Origin: an uncultured Nitrospiraceae bacterium
GTDB taxonomy: Bacteria; Nitrospirota; Nitrospiria; Nitrospirales; Nitrospiraceae
Direction: 5' to 3'
Assembly: GCA_963846575.1 (NCBI GenBank)
Contig: CAWJWJ010000002.1
Location: 608,001 to 672,000 of the forward strand
DNA length: 64,000 nucleotides
Position numbers and translations under genes: made by a program. This document shows, piece after piece, positions 1-8,853 of this stretch. Each line of letters starts with the position of its first letter. The stretch's first letter is position 1. The notes beneath the pieces are model-generated. The model saw only the letters and a list, made by a program, of their open reading frames with translations. It was not told the origin of the DNA and ran no database searches.

Positions 1-453
1 GCCCATGAAGTCGGGTCGGTGGAAGTCGGTAAGCTGGCCGACCTCGTTTTATGGAAACCGGCTTTTTTCGGTGTGAAACCGGAGATTGTCCTCAAGGGCG
101 GATTTCCCCTGTCGGCTGCCATGGGCGATCCCAACGCATCGATCCCGACTCCGCAACCGGTGCTGACCAGACCCATGTTCGGCAGCTTCGGCCGGGCGCC
201 CTTCTCCACGAGCGTGACATTTCTCTCTCAAACGGCCGTGGAGCGAGAGGTGCCGAAACAGCTGGGGTTGCAGAAGCGCGTCGCTGCGGTCAAGGGTTGC
301 CGAAACATCGGCAAACGGGATTTGAAATTGAACGATGCGCTGCCGCAGATCGAGGTGGATTCTGAAACGTACGAAGTACGCGCGGACGGCGAGCTGCTCA
401 CATGTGAGCCGGTAGCGGTCTTGCCGATGGCGCAGCGTTACTTCCTGTTCTAG
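1..453 (+). CDS. ureC: Urease alpha subunit, C-terminal part (runs off the window start)
   Basis: [28 protein letters not shown] and terminal [10 protein letters not shown] are typical UreC motifs; ureF, ureG and ureD follow. Confidence 0.97.
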   Translation, partial: AHEVGSVEVGKLADLVLWKPAFFGVKPEIVLKGGFPLSAAMGDPNASIPTPQPVLTRPMFGSFGRAPFSTSVTFLSQTAVEREVPKQLGLQKRVAAVKGCRNIGKRDLKLNDALPQIEVDSETYEVRADGELLTCEPVAVLPMAQRYFLF

Positions 454-459
454 TCCGGG

Positions 460-578
460 TACTGAAACAGGCTCCCCAACTTCGTGCCCGCTTCGGGATA
501 GTCCTCACTGTACCCTTCCGGGTACGCCTCGGTTGAGCGTCGCCTCCGGCCTTGTGGGATGGTCTGTTTGAGCAGTCC
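460..578. repeat. Degenerate intergenic palindromic element (REP/MITE-like)
   Basis: Imperfect terminal inverted repeats (ACTGAAACAG / CTGTTTGAGCAGT) and a central hairpin GTACCC-TTCC-GGGTAC at 510-525; GTACGCCYCGG and CGGNCTTGT are shared with 4130-4235. Confidence 0.5.
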
Positions 579-606
579 GTAGTCGGTCGTGGAAAGGGTT
601 TGTCCT

Positions 607-1296
607 ATGCGTCACACACTTTCGTTGCTCCAGGGCCTCCGGTTCATTGATAGCTTCTTTCCCTCTGGGGGCTATGCCTACTCGTCGGGGCTGGAAGCGG
701 CAGTGCAGGCCAAGGCGGTGCGTTCAGGCGACGATCTCTCGCTCTATGTCGAAGACGTGTTTCGGCGGGGCATCGCGCACCGTGAAGCCGTGGCCGTGGC
801 CGTGGCCCATGACGCTTCCGCGCACATCGATCTCCAGCCGGCGCTGGCGATCGATCACGAACTGCATGCGATGAAGATCGGGCAGGAGTCGCGCCTGGCG
901 AGTCAACAGATGGGCCGGCAGATCTCAAAGATTGCCGTCGAGCGGCTCGATGCGGGTGCCGTCGTGCAGGACTTTCATTCGGCCATAGAAGCAGAGCGCA
1001 CGCCAGGGCATTTCCCGGTTGCCCTGGCCTTGGCGCTGGCCGATGCGGGCTGGGGCAAGACAGAGACGATCGCGGCGTTCTGTTATCACACCGCCGTGGG
1101 ATATGTTTCAGCCGGGTTGAAACTGCTGCCGATCGGACAGCGGGAGGGGCAGCATTTGCTCGAGAGCTGGATGCCGTTGCTCGACGAATGCACAGGTTGT
1201 GCAGCCGAATCGAGCAAGATGAGCGGCTGGTCGCCGATTCAGGATATTTACGCCATGCGCCACCGCCGTTTAGCGTCGCGGCTTTTTCGTTCGTGA
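607..1296 (+). CDS. ureF: Urease accessory protein UreF
   Basis: [26 protein letters not shown] and C-terminal H...SRLFRS. Confidence 0.95.
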   Translation: MRHTLSLLQGLRFIDSFFPSGGYAYSSGLEAAVQAKAVRSGDDLSLYVEDVFRRGIAHREAVAVAVAHDASAHIDLQPALAIDHELHAMKIGQESRLASQQMGRQISKIAVERLDAGAVVQDFHSAIEAERTPGHFPVALALALADAGWGKTETIAAFCYHTAVGYVSAGLKLLPIGQREGQHLLESWMPLLDECTGCAAESSKMSGWSPIQDIYAMRHRRLASRLFRS

Positions 1297-1309
1297 AGAT
1301 GGCCTGATC

Positions 1310-1981
1310 ATGCATCGTGAAGATGAATATCTTTCCGGGAGCGGTCGCCCGACCAGGGCGCGGGCCAAGGGCATTCCGATCGTCGGGATCGGGGGTCCGG
1401 TCGGATCGGGCAAAACGGCGCTGGTCGAGGCGCTCTGTCTGGGCCTGCGTGACCGCTACAGTCTGGCCGTCGTGACGAACGATATTTTCACAAAAGAAGA
1501 TGCGGAGTTTCTGACCAAGCGCGGTGCGCTTCCTCAGGACCGTATTCTCGGGGTAGAGACCGGCGGCTGTCCCCATACCGCGATTCGCGAAGATGCCTCT
1601 CACAATCAATCTGCGCTCGACGACCTGCTGAAGCGCCATCCCGATGTCGATTTGATGTTCGTCGAAAGCGGCGGAGACAATCTGGCCGCCACTTTCAGTC
1701 CTGAGTTGGTTGATCGCGTCATTTATGTGATTGACGTGGCTGCGGGCGATAAGATCCCCCGCAAGGGCGGGCCCGGGATCACCCGCTCGGATCTATTGGT
1801 GATCAATAAAATCGATCTGGCGCCGCATGTCGGCGCGGATCTCGCGGTGATGGATCGCGACAGCCGGCGGATGCGCGGCGATCTGCCGTTCGTCTTCACC
1901 AATCTGCATCGTGGCGAGGGCCTGGACCGGGTAATCGTGTGGATCGAACAGACCCTCCCGCTACGGGCCCATCGCCATTAG
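1310..1981 (+). CDS. ureG: Urease accessory GTPase UreG
   Basis: [42 protein letters not shown]. Confidence 0.98.
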   Translation: MHREDEYLSGSGRPTRARAKGIPIVGIGGPVGSGKTALVEALCLGLRDRYSLAVVTNDIFTKEDAEFLTKRGALPQDRILGVETGGCPHTAIREDASHNQSALDDLLKRHPDVDLMFVESGGDNLAATFSPELVDRVIYVIDVAAGDKIPRKGGPGITRSDLLVINKIDLAPHVGADLAVMDRDSRRMRGDLPFVFTNLHRGEGLDRVIVWIEQTLPLRAHRH

Positions 1982-2123
1982 GGGGCGTTAGTACTGTCTC
2001 CTGGCCTGCGTCTCGCCTTGTCCGGGGCCCGATGTCGTCACTGACGGCGCGCGTCGCGTTTTCGTTCGCTGTAGCCGGGCCGGATAGACTCTGTGAACAT
2101 CCTGTCTGAGGGAGCCAGCATCA

Positions 2124-2987
2124 GTGCCGATAGTATCGGTTCACCAGTCGGCCATGGCGGAAGTCGGGCGAGTCGGCCGTCTGGACCTGCACTATCAGCG
2201 GCAGGGACCACGGACGATTCTTGCGGGGTCGCGCTGCTCTACGCCCTGGCATCTCTTCCCGCCGATGTATCTGGATACGTCCGGTTGTGCCTTCACCTCC
2301 CTCGTCAATCCATCGGGCGGCTACGTGGCAGGCGATCGACTGTCGATGCATGCGTCGCTGGATTGCGGTGCCCATGTCGTGCTCTCAACACCATCGGCCA
2401 CTCGCGTCTACCGCTCTTTGGGTGAAGAGGCCAGGCAGACCGTGACTCTCTCCGTGGCATCAGGCGCAATCCTGGAATGGTTCCCGGACGTGACGATTCC
2501 GTTCGCCGGCTCGCGCTTCCTGCAGACGATGGAGGTGCAACTCGCGAAAGGGGCGACGGCCTTAATCTGGGATAGTTTTGCTTCCGGTCGAGTGGCAAGA
2601 CACGAGCGCTGGGCATTCACATCGCTCCGGAACGAGATTCACATGACGACCGCCTCGGGTGCCCAATTGGTCGACCGGTATGCCGTGAGACCCGAACGGG
2701 GGCAGGCTGGTCTCGTGTCCGCGTACGACTATGTCGCGAGCTTCCTTGTGGTCAGTGACGGTATCGGTTCGGGGAGATGGCCGGCGTTGCGCGAGCTCAT
2801 GGGGGGTATCATCGATTCGATGGGGGATGAATTGCTCGGCGGGGTCACGGAACCACCTGTTCCCGGAGTGGCCGTAAAACTGGTCGCACGCTCCGCCCAC
2901 AGCCTGGTCGCGGCTCAGGAGGCGTTGTGGCAGGCCGCCCGCATGTGGCTATTCGATTTGGAGCGGCCAGACCTCCGTCGCAATTAA
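2124..2987 (+). CDS. ureD: Urease accessory protein UreD (start may be 2154)
   Basis: NPSGGYVAGD, STPSATRVY, LEWFPDVTIPFAGS, GRVARHERW; position in the ure cluster. Confidence 0.93.
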   Translation: MPIVSVHQSAMAEVGRVGRLDLHYQRQGPRTILAGSRCSTPWHLFPPMYLDTSGCAFTSLVNPSGGYVAGDRLSMHASLDCGAHVVLSTPSATRVYRSLGEEARQTVTLSVASGAILEWFPDVTIPFAGSRFLQTMEVQLAKGATALIWDSFASGRVARHERWAFTSLRNEIHMTTASGAQLVDRYAVRPERGQAGLVSAYDYVASFLVVSDGIGSGRWPALRELMGGIIDSMGDELLGGVTEPPVPGVAVKLVARSAHSLVAAQEALWQAARMWLFDLERPDLRRN

Positions 2988-2994
2988 GATTGCA

Positions 2995-3906
2995 CTAGGG
3001 CTGGATCGAAGGCCTCCGCGGAGCCGGTTTTGGTTTTGCCTTGGGTACGACGGATTCTATTTCCGTAAGTTGGCGCCGGAGCCTGTCTCGTTCTTCCTTC
3101 AGCTGCTGGAGTTCTTCGGCCTGTTTCACCACCAGATCTTTCGTGGTTTGTAACTCCTGCTGGAGTCGCTTCTGCTCGGTGGTCGGAGCTCCCGCGGGCG
3201 GTTCGGCGGCTGTTTGAGGCTTATCGGCCGGGGCGGGGGTGTCTGCTGACGTTTGGCCGAGCGCATTGATATCGATGGCAACGCGGGGCTGTTCGGGTTC
3301 GATATTCATCCACGACTGTGGTGTATGGGTGCGCAGGAGCGCCTCGGCCGGGCTGAAGGCGAGCGTGAGCGAGGGTGGAAAGGCTTCGGCTTGAGTGGTG
3401 GCAGAACGGTAGCGTGAAAGGCTGAGCACGAGTGTCGTTTCATGCAGATAGAGCGCGCCCTGCGTCAGGAGACCGTCGTCCTGTACTGCAAACCGGATTC
3501 GCTGATCCGGCTGAGCCTGCGCAAAGGCGCGGACAATGAGTGGCGACAAAAACTCCACTTCCTCGGGAGACAGGAGAGGATAGGTCGATGGCACCGGGGT
3601 CCGTCCCGGGCGGTCGACTCCTGAGACCGACAGGCCGTTCAGTACGCGTGATACCACCGTCGCCGACAAGATGGCCGGGTGGGACGCCTGAAACGCATTC
3701 AGCGGACTGCTATATCTGGCGGTGCTCCCTCGACTGACCAGGCGTTCCAACGCCACCGTCCCTAATGGACCTTCTCCAACGGGAGTAAGGCTCGACATGC
3801 CGGTGCAGGCACTCAGGAGCAAGCAGAAGAGGATAAACGGCCAGGCCTTGAAGCGGCGCAGAGACGGAGAGTGAGTTCGGAACAGGCATCGGATCGAGGG
3901 GCGCAT
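2995..3906 (-). CDS. Hypothetical lipoprotein with C-terminal coiled coil
   Basis: Hydrophobic stretch plus lipobox LLSA-C; Q/E/K-rich heptads near the C-terminus; -10-like TACAAT 8 nt before ATG 3906. Confidence 0.7.
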   Translation of the reverse strand: MRPSIRCLFRTHSPSLRRFKAWPFILFCLLLSACTGMSSLTPVGEGPLGTVALERLVSRGSTARYSSPLNAFQASHPAILSATVVSRVLNGLSVSGVDRPGRTPVPSTYPLLSPEEVEFLSPLIVRAFAQAQPDQRIRFAVQDDGLLTQGALYLHETTLVLSLSRYRSATTQAEAFPPSLTLAFSPAEALLRTHTPQSWMNIEPEQPRVAIDINALGQTSADTPAPADKPQTAAEPPAGAPTTEQKRLQQELQTTKDLVVKQAEELQQLKEERDRLRRQLTEIESVVPKAKPKPAPRRPSIQP

Positions 3907-3976
3907 GGCGCGGGATTGTACCATAGGTAGTCCACCGAACCGCATGGGTTTCCTCGGAAAACCTCCGATGGGGCGA

Positions 3977-4006
3977 TTGACAGCCGATTCGGCCTGGTGC
4001 TATATC
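3977..4006 (+). promoter_or_regulatory. Sigma70-type promoter for the nadE leader
   Basis: TTGACA (3977-3982), 18-nt spacer, TG-C-TATATC (hexamer at 4001-4006). Confidence 0.6.
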
Positions 4007-4021
4007 ATCGCCACGCTTTCT

Positions 4022-4116
4022 GGGGACAATGGAGTCTCCGACGGGTACGCGGTCAAACATGGCGCAGGACAACGACGTCCTCTGATCCACCCTGTGGGTC
4101 CGAGGACGTTTTTTTT
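4022..4116 (+). promoter_or_regulatory. ANTAR-type dual hairpin with overlapping intrinsic terminator (attenuator)
   Basis: GGGGAC-AATGGA-GTCTCC (4022-4039) and AGGAC-AACGAC-GTCCT (4066-4081); competing terminator ACGTCCTC...GAGGACGT with a T-run ending at 4116. Confidence 0.8.
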
Positions 4117-4265
4117 ATCAACATGGCAAAATCGGTCCTCAGTCTCGCCCCCGGTTGCCCATCCACCCCGAGGTACGACCCACAGTACGCCCCGGTGTCC
4201 GGGCTCCTTTCGGACTTGTTGAAGGACCAATCGGCCCGCGTTGCTACAAGCCGAGAGATTCGCTG

Positions 4266-6035
4266 ATGCCACCCTTACGAATCGCCATGGTGCAGATGAA
4301 TCCCACGGTGGGCGACCTGTCGGGCAATGTCCGCCGTATCGTGGCCTGGATCCGTGAGGCTCGGCGCGCTCAGGCTCACGTCGTCGCATTTCCCGAACTC
4401 GCCATCACCGGCTACCCGCCAGAAGACCTGCTGTTTAAAACTCGCTTCATCACTGATACCCAGCTGGCATTAAAGGCCGTGGCGGCCGAAGCCCGCGGCC
4501 TCGTTGTCGTGGTGGGTTATGTCGGCCAAGGCGCCTCAACGGTCTCCTTGCCGGCTAGGCCATCATCCCCATCGGCCGATCGACATGATCTGTACAATGC
4601 GGCGGCTTTGCTGTTTGATCGCCGGATCGTGGCCAGTTATTGCAAGCGAGAGTTACCTAATTACGGTGTATTCGACGAAAGCCGGTATTTTCAGCCCGGC
4701 TCTCGCCTTCCTCTGCTGCAGGTGAACGGTACGACGGTCGGGGTGAATATATGCGAAGACATCTGGTCTCCCGACGGACCGACCGGAGCCCAGGCCGCGG
4801 CGGGCGCCGAGGTGATCGTGAATATCAATGCCTCTCCCTTTCATGTGGGCAAGAGTCGGACGAGAGAGCAGATGCTGGCTACGCGGGCTCGGGACAACCA
4901 GGTGCTCGTCACCTATACGAACACCGTCGGCGGGCAGGATGAACTGGTGTTCGACGGCTGCAGCGTGATCGTCGACCAGACCGGCGAGGTTGTTGCGCGG
5001 GGCAAGGCATTTGAGGAAGATTTTCTGGTGGCGGATCTCAATGGCGCGGCAGTCTCTCGGGGACGTCTGGCGCAGGGCCGGAAGAAGCCCCTGCCACCGC
5101 GCGTGGCGGCACTAATCGACCGGATTGAGGTCCGACTGCCGGTGAGGAAGTCGCGGCCGATCGTCGTACCGGCCCTGGAGCCTCCGCTGGAGTGCCTGGA
5201 TGAGGCCTATCGGGCGCTGGTTCTTGGAGTGCAGGATTATGTCCGGAAGAATGGCTTCAAACGTGTCGTGATCGGATTAAGCGGCGGTGTGGACTCGGCC
5301 CTGACCGCTGTCATCGCCGTGGACGCGCTTGGGCCTGAGAACGTGCTCGGCGTGTTCATGCCCTCACCCTATACCTCCCGTGCCAGTCGCGAAGACGTCG
5401 CCGATCTCGGCCGCCGCCTCCGTATACAGGTCGACACACTCTCCATCACGGCCACCTTTAACGGCTATTTGCGCGCTCTCGCCAGGACCTTCGAGGGCCA
5501 TCGGCCTGACACGACGGAGGAAAACATTCAGGCCCGTATCAGGGGCAATCTCCTGATGGCCTATTCGAACAAATTCGGCCACCTGGTGCTGACCACCGGC
5601 AACAAGAGCGAGATGAGCGTCGGCTACGCGACGCTTTACGGAGATATGGCGGGAGGATTCGCGGTCATCAAGGATGTTCCGAAGACGATGGTGTATGAAT
5701 TGTCGCATCTGCGGAATTTGATCGGTCCGGCGCCGGTCATCCCTAAACGCATTCTGGAGCGCCCGCCGACCGCGGAACTCCGCCCCGATCAAAAGGACGA
5801 GGACAGTCTCCCGCCCTATGTCGTGCTGGATCCCATTCTGAAGGCCTATGTCGAAGAAGACCGTGCGCTCGAAGACATTGTGGCCATGGGATTCGAGCGT
5901 GAGACGGTGGCGCGCGTGATCGCCATGGTGGATCGGAGCGAATATAAACGGCGGCAGGCCCCGCTGGGGATCAAGATCACACATCGGGCATTCGGCAAAG
6001 ATCGGCGCATGCCGATTACAAACGGGTATCGATAG
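4266..6035 (+). CDS. nadE: Glutamine-dependent NAD+ synthetase
   Basis: Nitrilase domain (FPEL, LPNYGVFDESRYF, ICEDIW) plus synthetase domain (GLSGGVDS, ENIQARIRG, TGNKSE, GYATLYGD, EYKRRQAP). Confidence 0.97.
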   Translation: MPPLRIAMVQMNPTVGDLSGNVRRIVAWIREARRAQAHVVAFPELAITGYPPEDLLFKTRFITDTQLALKAVAAEARGLVVVVGYVGQGASTVSLPARPSSPSADRHDLYNAAALLFDRRIVASYCKRELPNYGVFDESRYFQPGSRLPLLQVNGTTVGVNICEDIWSPDGPTGAQAAAGAEVIVNINASPFHVGKSRTREQMLATRARDNQVLVTYTNTVGGQDELVFDGCSVIVDQTGEVVARGKAFEEDFLVADLNGAAVSRGRLAQGRKKPLPPRVAALIDRIEVRLPVRKSRPIVVPALEPPLECLDEAYRALVLGVQDYVRKNGFKRVVIGLSGGVDSALTAVIAVDALGPENVLGVFMPSPYTSRASREDVADLGRRLRIQVDTLSITATFNGYLRALARTFEGHRPDTTEENIQARIRGNLLMAYSNKFGHLVLTTGNKSEMSVGYATLYGDMAGGFAVIKDVPKTMVYELSHLRNLIGPAPVIPKRILERPPTAELRPDQKDEDSLPPYVVLDPILKAYVEEDRALEDIVAMGFERETVARVIAMVDRSEYKRRQAPLGIKITHRAFGKDRRMPITNGYR

Positions 6036-6052
6036 CATACGTCCCGTATGAC

Positions 6053-6164
6053 GACCGACAATGACGTCGGTCAGCGAGGCTGGCAATGGCGCCAGAGGAT
6101 AACAGATCGTGGCCTCACCTTGAGGCTGACGGAACAATCTTTCTTATTCTTTGGGAGGTGCCAT
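6053..6164 (+). promoter_or_regulatory. ANTAR-type dual hairpin, possibly controlling access to the downstream RBS
   Basis: GACCGAC-AATGAC-GTCGGTC (6053-6072) and CTGGC-AATGGC-GCCAG (6080-6095); ATGGCGCC (6086-6093) is complementary to GGTGCCAT (6157-6164) at the RBS/start. Confidence 0.72.
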
Positions 6165-7059
6165 GCAAGCGCTCGGAAGAGGATTTGTGCGGAGGTGGGT
6201 CCGGGGAATCGTGGTAGCGGCAACGCTGTTGGCGGGCTCGAACGGTCAGGCGCAGGATGTCGAGGGAGTGGCACCTCAGGTGCTCGACAGCTCGATGGAC
6301 ACGACCAAGCATCCGGTGGCCGTCACCATGGCGATGCAAGCTGATAGTTTTTTCGGGTTTAATCCATCGATTTATGGGACGTATGGTTTGACGGATAACA
6401 TCGCGCTCGCGTTTAACTTTACCTATTGGACGATGATCAGTGGAGTGGGAGTCCACGACAACGCGCCATGGCTGGAAACGGACATGGGGCTCAACTTCAC
6501 CTTCCTCCAAAAGCGGTTGTCCGTGACACCCATGTTCGGGTTCGTTCATGGCAGCCTGCTCTCCTCTCGCGGAGGATTCTTTCCCAATGGCGGTGGAAGT
6601 GTGAACGAACGTACGACGGCATTCGAAGGTGTTGTCCCGAATCTCACCATGAACTACCTGGACAGTCGCCTAGAAGGGGAATTCTATCTGGGCTACTACA
6701 AAGCGATCCGGAGCGAAGGCGGCAGCGGCGGCGGAGGCGCGATCAATTGCAGCAATCCCGGAGGTGCCAATTGCTTGGGGCCGGCTCTGGGTGGGGGTCG
6801 CGGCACCTGGGACTTCCTCCATTATTGGGTAAGCGCGGGTGTTCGTTTGAACAGCATGTGGTCGATGGGGGCTCATTATGAGCATTTGCTGACAACACGT
6901 GACAGCAGTGCTCCGGGGGCGGCTCAGGACTACTATCGCTGGATCGGGCCCTATGTCGAAATGAAACTGCCTGGCAGCATGGCGTTTCGATTTACGGCCG
7001 GAAAAGACCTGACCGACAATCAGGATTTCTACAAACTGAAGTTTACGAAGACCTTTTGA
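6163..7059 (+). CDS. Putative outer-membrane beta-barrel protein (candidate porin)
   Basis: GGAGG RBS, signal peptide (AQA), alternating aromatic/hydrophobic strands, C-terminal YKLKFTKTF ending in Phe. Confidence 0.7.
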   Translation: MQALGRGFVRRWVRGIVVAATLLAGSNGQAQDVEGVAPQVLDSSMDTTKHPVAVTMAMQADSFFGFNPSIYGTYGLTDNIALAFNFTYWTMISGVGVHDNAPWLETDMGLNFTFLQKRLSVTPMFGFVHGSLLSSRGGFFPNGGGSVNERTTAFEGVVPNLTMNYLDSRLEGEFYLGYYKAIRSEGGSGGGGAINCSNPGGANCLGPALGGGRGTWDFLHYWVSAGVRLNSMWSMGAHYEHLLTTRDSSAPGAAQDYYRWIGPYVEMKLPGSMAFRFTAGKDLTDNQDFYKLKFTKTF

Positions 7060-7141
7060 GTTCGGCCAGCCGCGTGAGGCCAGGGCGAGGAAAGGCGGCA
7101 CCTTTCCGGCCCCGGCTTCCCGATGCGAAGGAGGCGCGATC

Positions 7142-8467
7142 GTGACCATTTTGAAACGTTCCGGCATCCTCCTCTGTACGGGGTTAGGACTGCTCATGGC
7201 GTTGGTGATAGGAATTTCCGATGCCGGGGCGCAGAGCGCGGCGTTGACAACCGATAGCGGCGATACGGCCTGGGTGTTGGTGTCGTCAGCATTTGTGCTC
7301 GCGATGCTGATGCCCGGCCTCGCCCTGTTTTACGGCGGCCTGGTGCGAAGTAAAAACGTGCTCGCGACGATCATGCAGAGCGTGATGATCCTAAGCGTGG
7401 TAAGCGTACTGTGGGTTCTCTTCGGATACAGCCTGGCTTTCGGGCCGGATAAGGGCGGGGTGATCGGCGGCTTGGACTGGGTCGGGCTCAGCGGAGTCGG
7501 TGCCGAGCCTCATCCCACTTATGGGCCGACGATTCCTCATCAGGCGTTCGTCCTGTTTCAATTGATGTTCGCCGCGATCGCACCGGCCCTCATCACCGGG
7601 GCCTTTGCGGAGCGGAAGCGCTTTACCTCGGTGGTGCTGTTTGCGGCAATCTGGTCGGTCGTGGTCTATGTCCCGCTCGCACACTGGATCTGGGGGGGCG
7701 GATGGCTGGCCAAGCTTGGTGCGTTGGATTTTGCCGGCGGGGCCGTGATCCACATCAGCTCCGGCGCGTCGGCTCTGGTTTGTGCCGTCATATTGGGCAG
7801 GCGGCGAGGATATGGGACGGATTACATGGCTCCTCACAACCTACCGATGACGCTGCTTGGAACCGGATTCCTGTGGTTCGGGTGGTTCGGGTTCAATGGC
7901 GGCAGCGCGCTGGGTGCGAATGGGCTTGCCGTCTCGGCCATCCTCGCGACCCATACGGCCGCGGCGATGGGAGCCATGGCCTGGTGCGGGGTCGAGTGGG
8001 CACATCGCGGCAAACCGACCGTGCTCGGGGTGGCCAGCGGCGCAGTGGCGGGGTTAGCCACAGTGACGCCTGCAGCAGGCTATATCAGTCCGCTGTTCGC
8101 TCTGGCGATCGGAGCCGTGGCTGGAATGGCCTGCTACGCGGCGATTGTCTGGAAGGGGCGATTCGGCTATGATGACTCGCTTGACGTCGTCGGGATCCAC
8201 GGTGTCGGAGGGGTGATCGGGATTCTCGCCACCGGAATCTGCGCTAGTAAAATCATCAACCCGGCCGGTGCCGATGGGCTCTTGTATGGCAATCCCGGCC
8301 TCCTCGGCGTCCAGCTTCTCGTAGTGGTCGTGACGGCGATTTTCTCCATGGCCGGCACATTCGTCATTCTCAAACTGGTCGATTCGATGACGGGTCTGCG
8401 AGTGTCTTCTGAAGAGGAAGCGACCGGATTGGACTTAAGTCAACACAACGAACGAGCCTATTCGTGA
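7142..8467 (+). CDS. amtB: Ammonium transporter
   Basis: DSGDTAWVL, PGLALFYGG, LDFAGGAVIH, WFGWFGFNGGS, DDSLDVVGIHG. Confidence 0.98.
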   Translation: MTILKRSGILLCTGLGLLMALVIGISDAGAQSAALTTDSGDTAWVLVSSAFVLAMLMPGLALFYGGLVRSKNVLATIMQSVMILSVVSVLWVLFGYSLAFGPDKGGVIGGLDWVGLSGVGAEPHPTYGPTIPHQAFVLFQLMFAAIAPALITGAFAERKRFTSVVLFAAIWSVVVYVPLAHWIWGGGWLAKLGALDFAGGAVIHISSGASALVCAVILGRRRGYGTDYMAPHNLPMTLLGTGFLWFGWFGFNGGSALGANGLAVSAILATHTAAAMGAMAWCGVEWAHRGKPTVLGVASGAVAGLATVTPAAGYISPLFALAIGAVAGMACYAAIVWKGRFGYDDSLDVVGIHGVGGVIGILATGICASKIINPAGADGLLYGNPGLLGVQLLVVVVTAIFSMAGTFVILKLVDSMTGLRVSSEEEATGLDLSQHNERAYS

Positions 8468-8503
8468 ATGACGCCATCGGCCGAGCGCGGTCGGCGATTC
8501 TAG

Positions 8504-8851
<348 letters not shown>

Positions 8852-8853
8852 GT

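Noticed and set aside
4123..4266. 47-codon ORF ending at the nadE start (possible leader peptide)
   Set aside because: No SD, and it coincides with a degenerate palindromic element; not supportable, though not excluded
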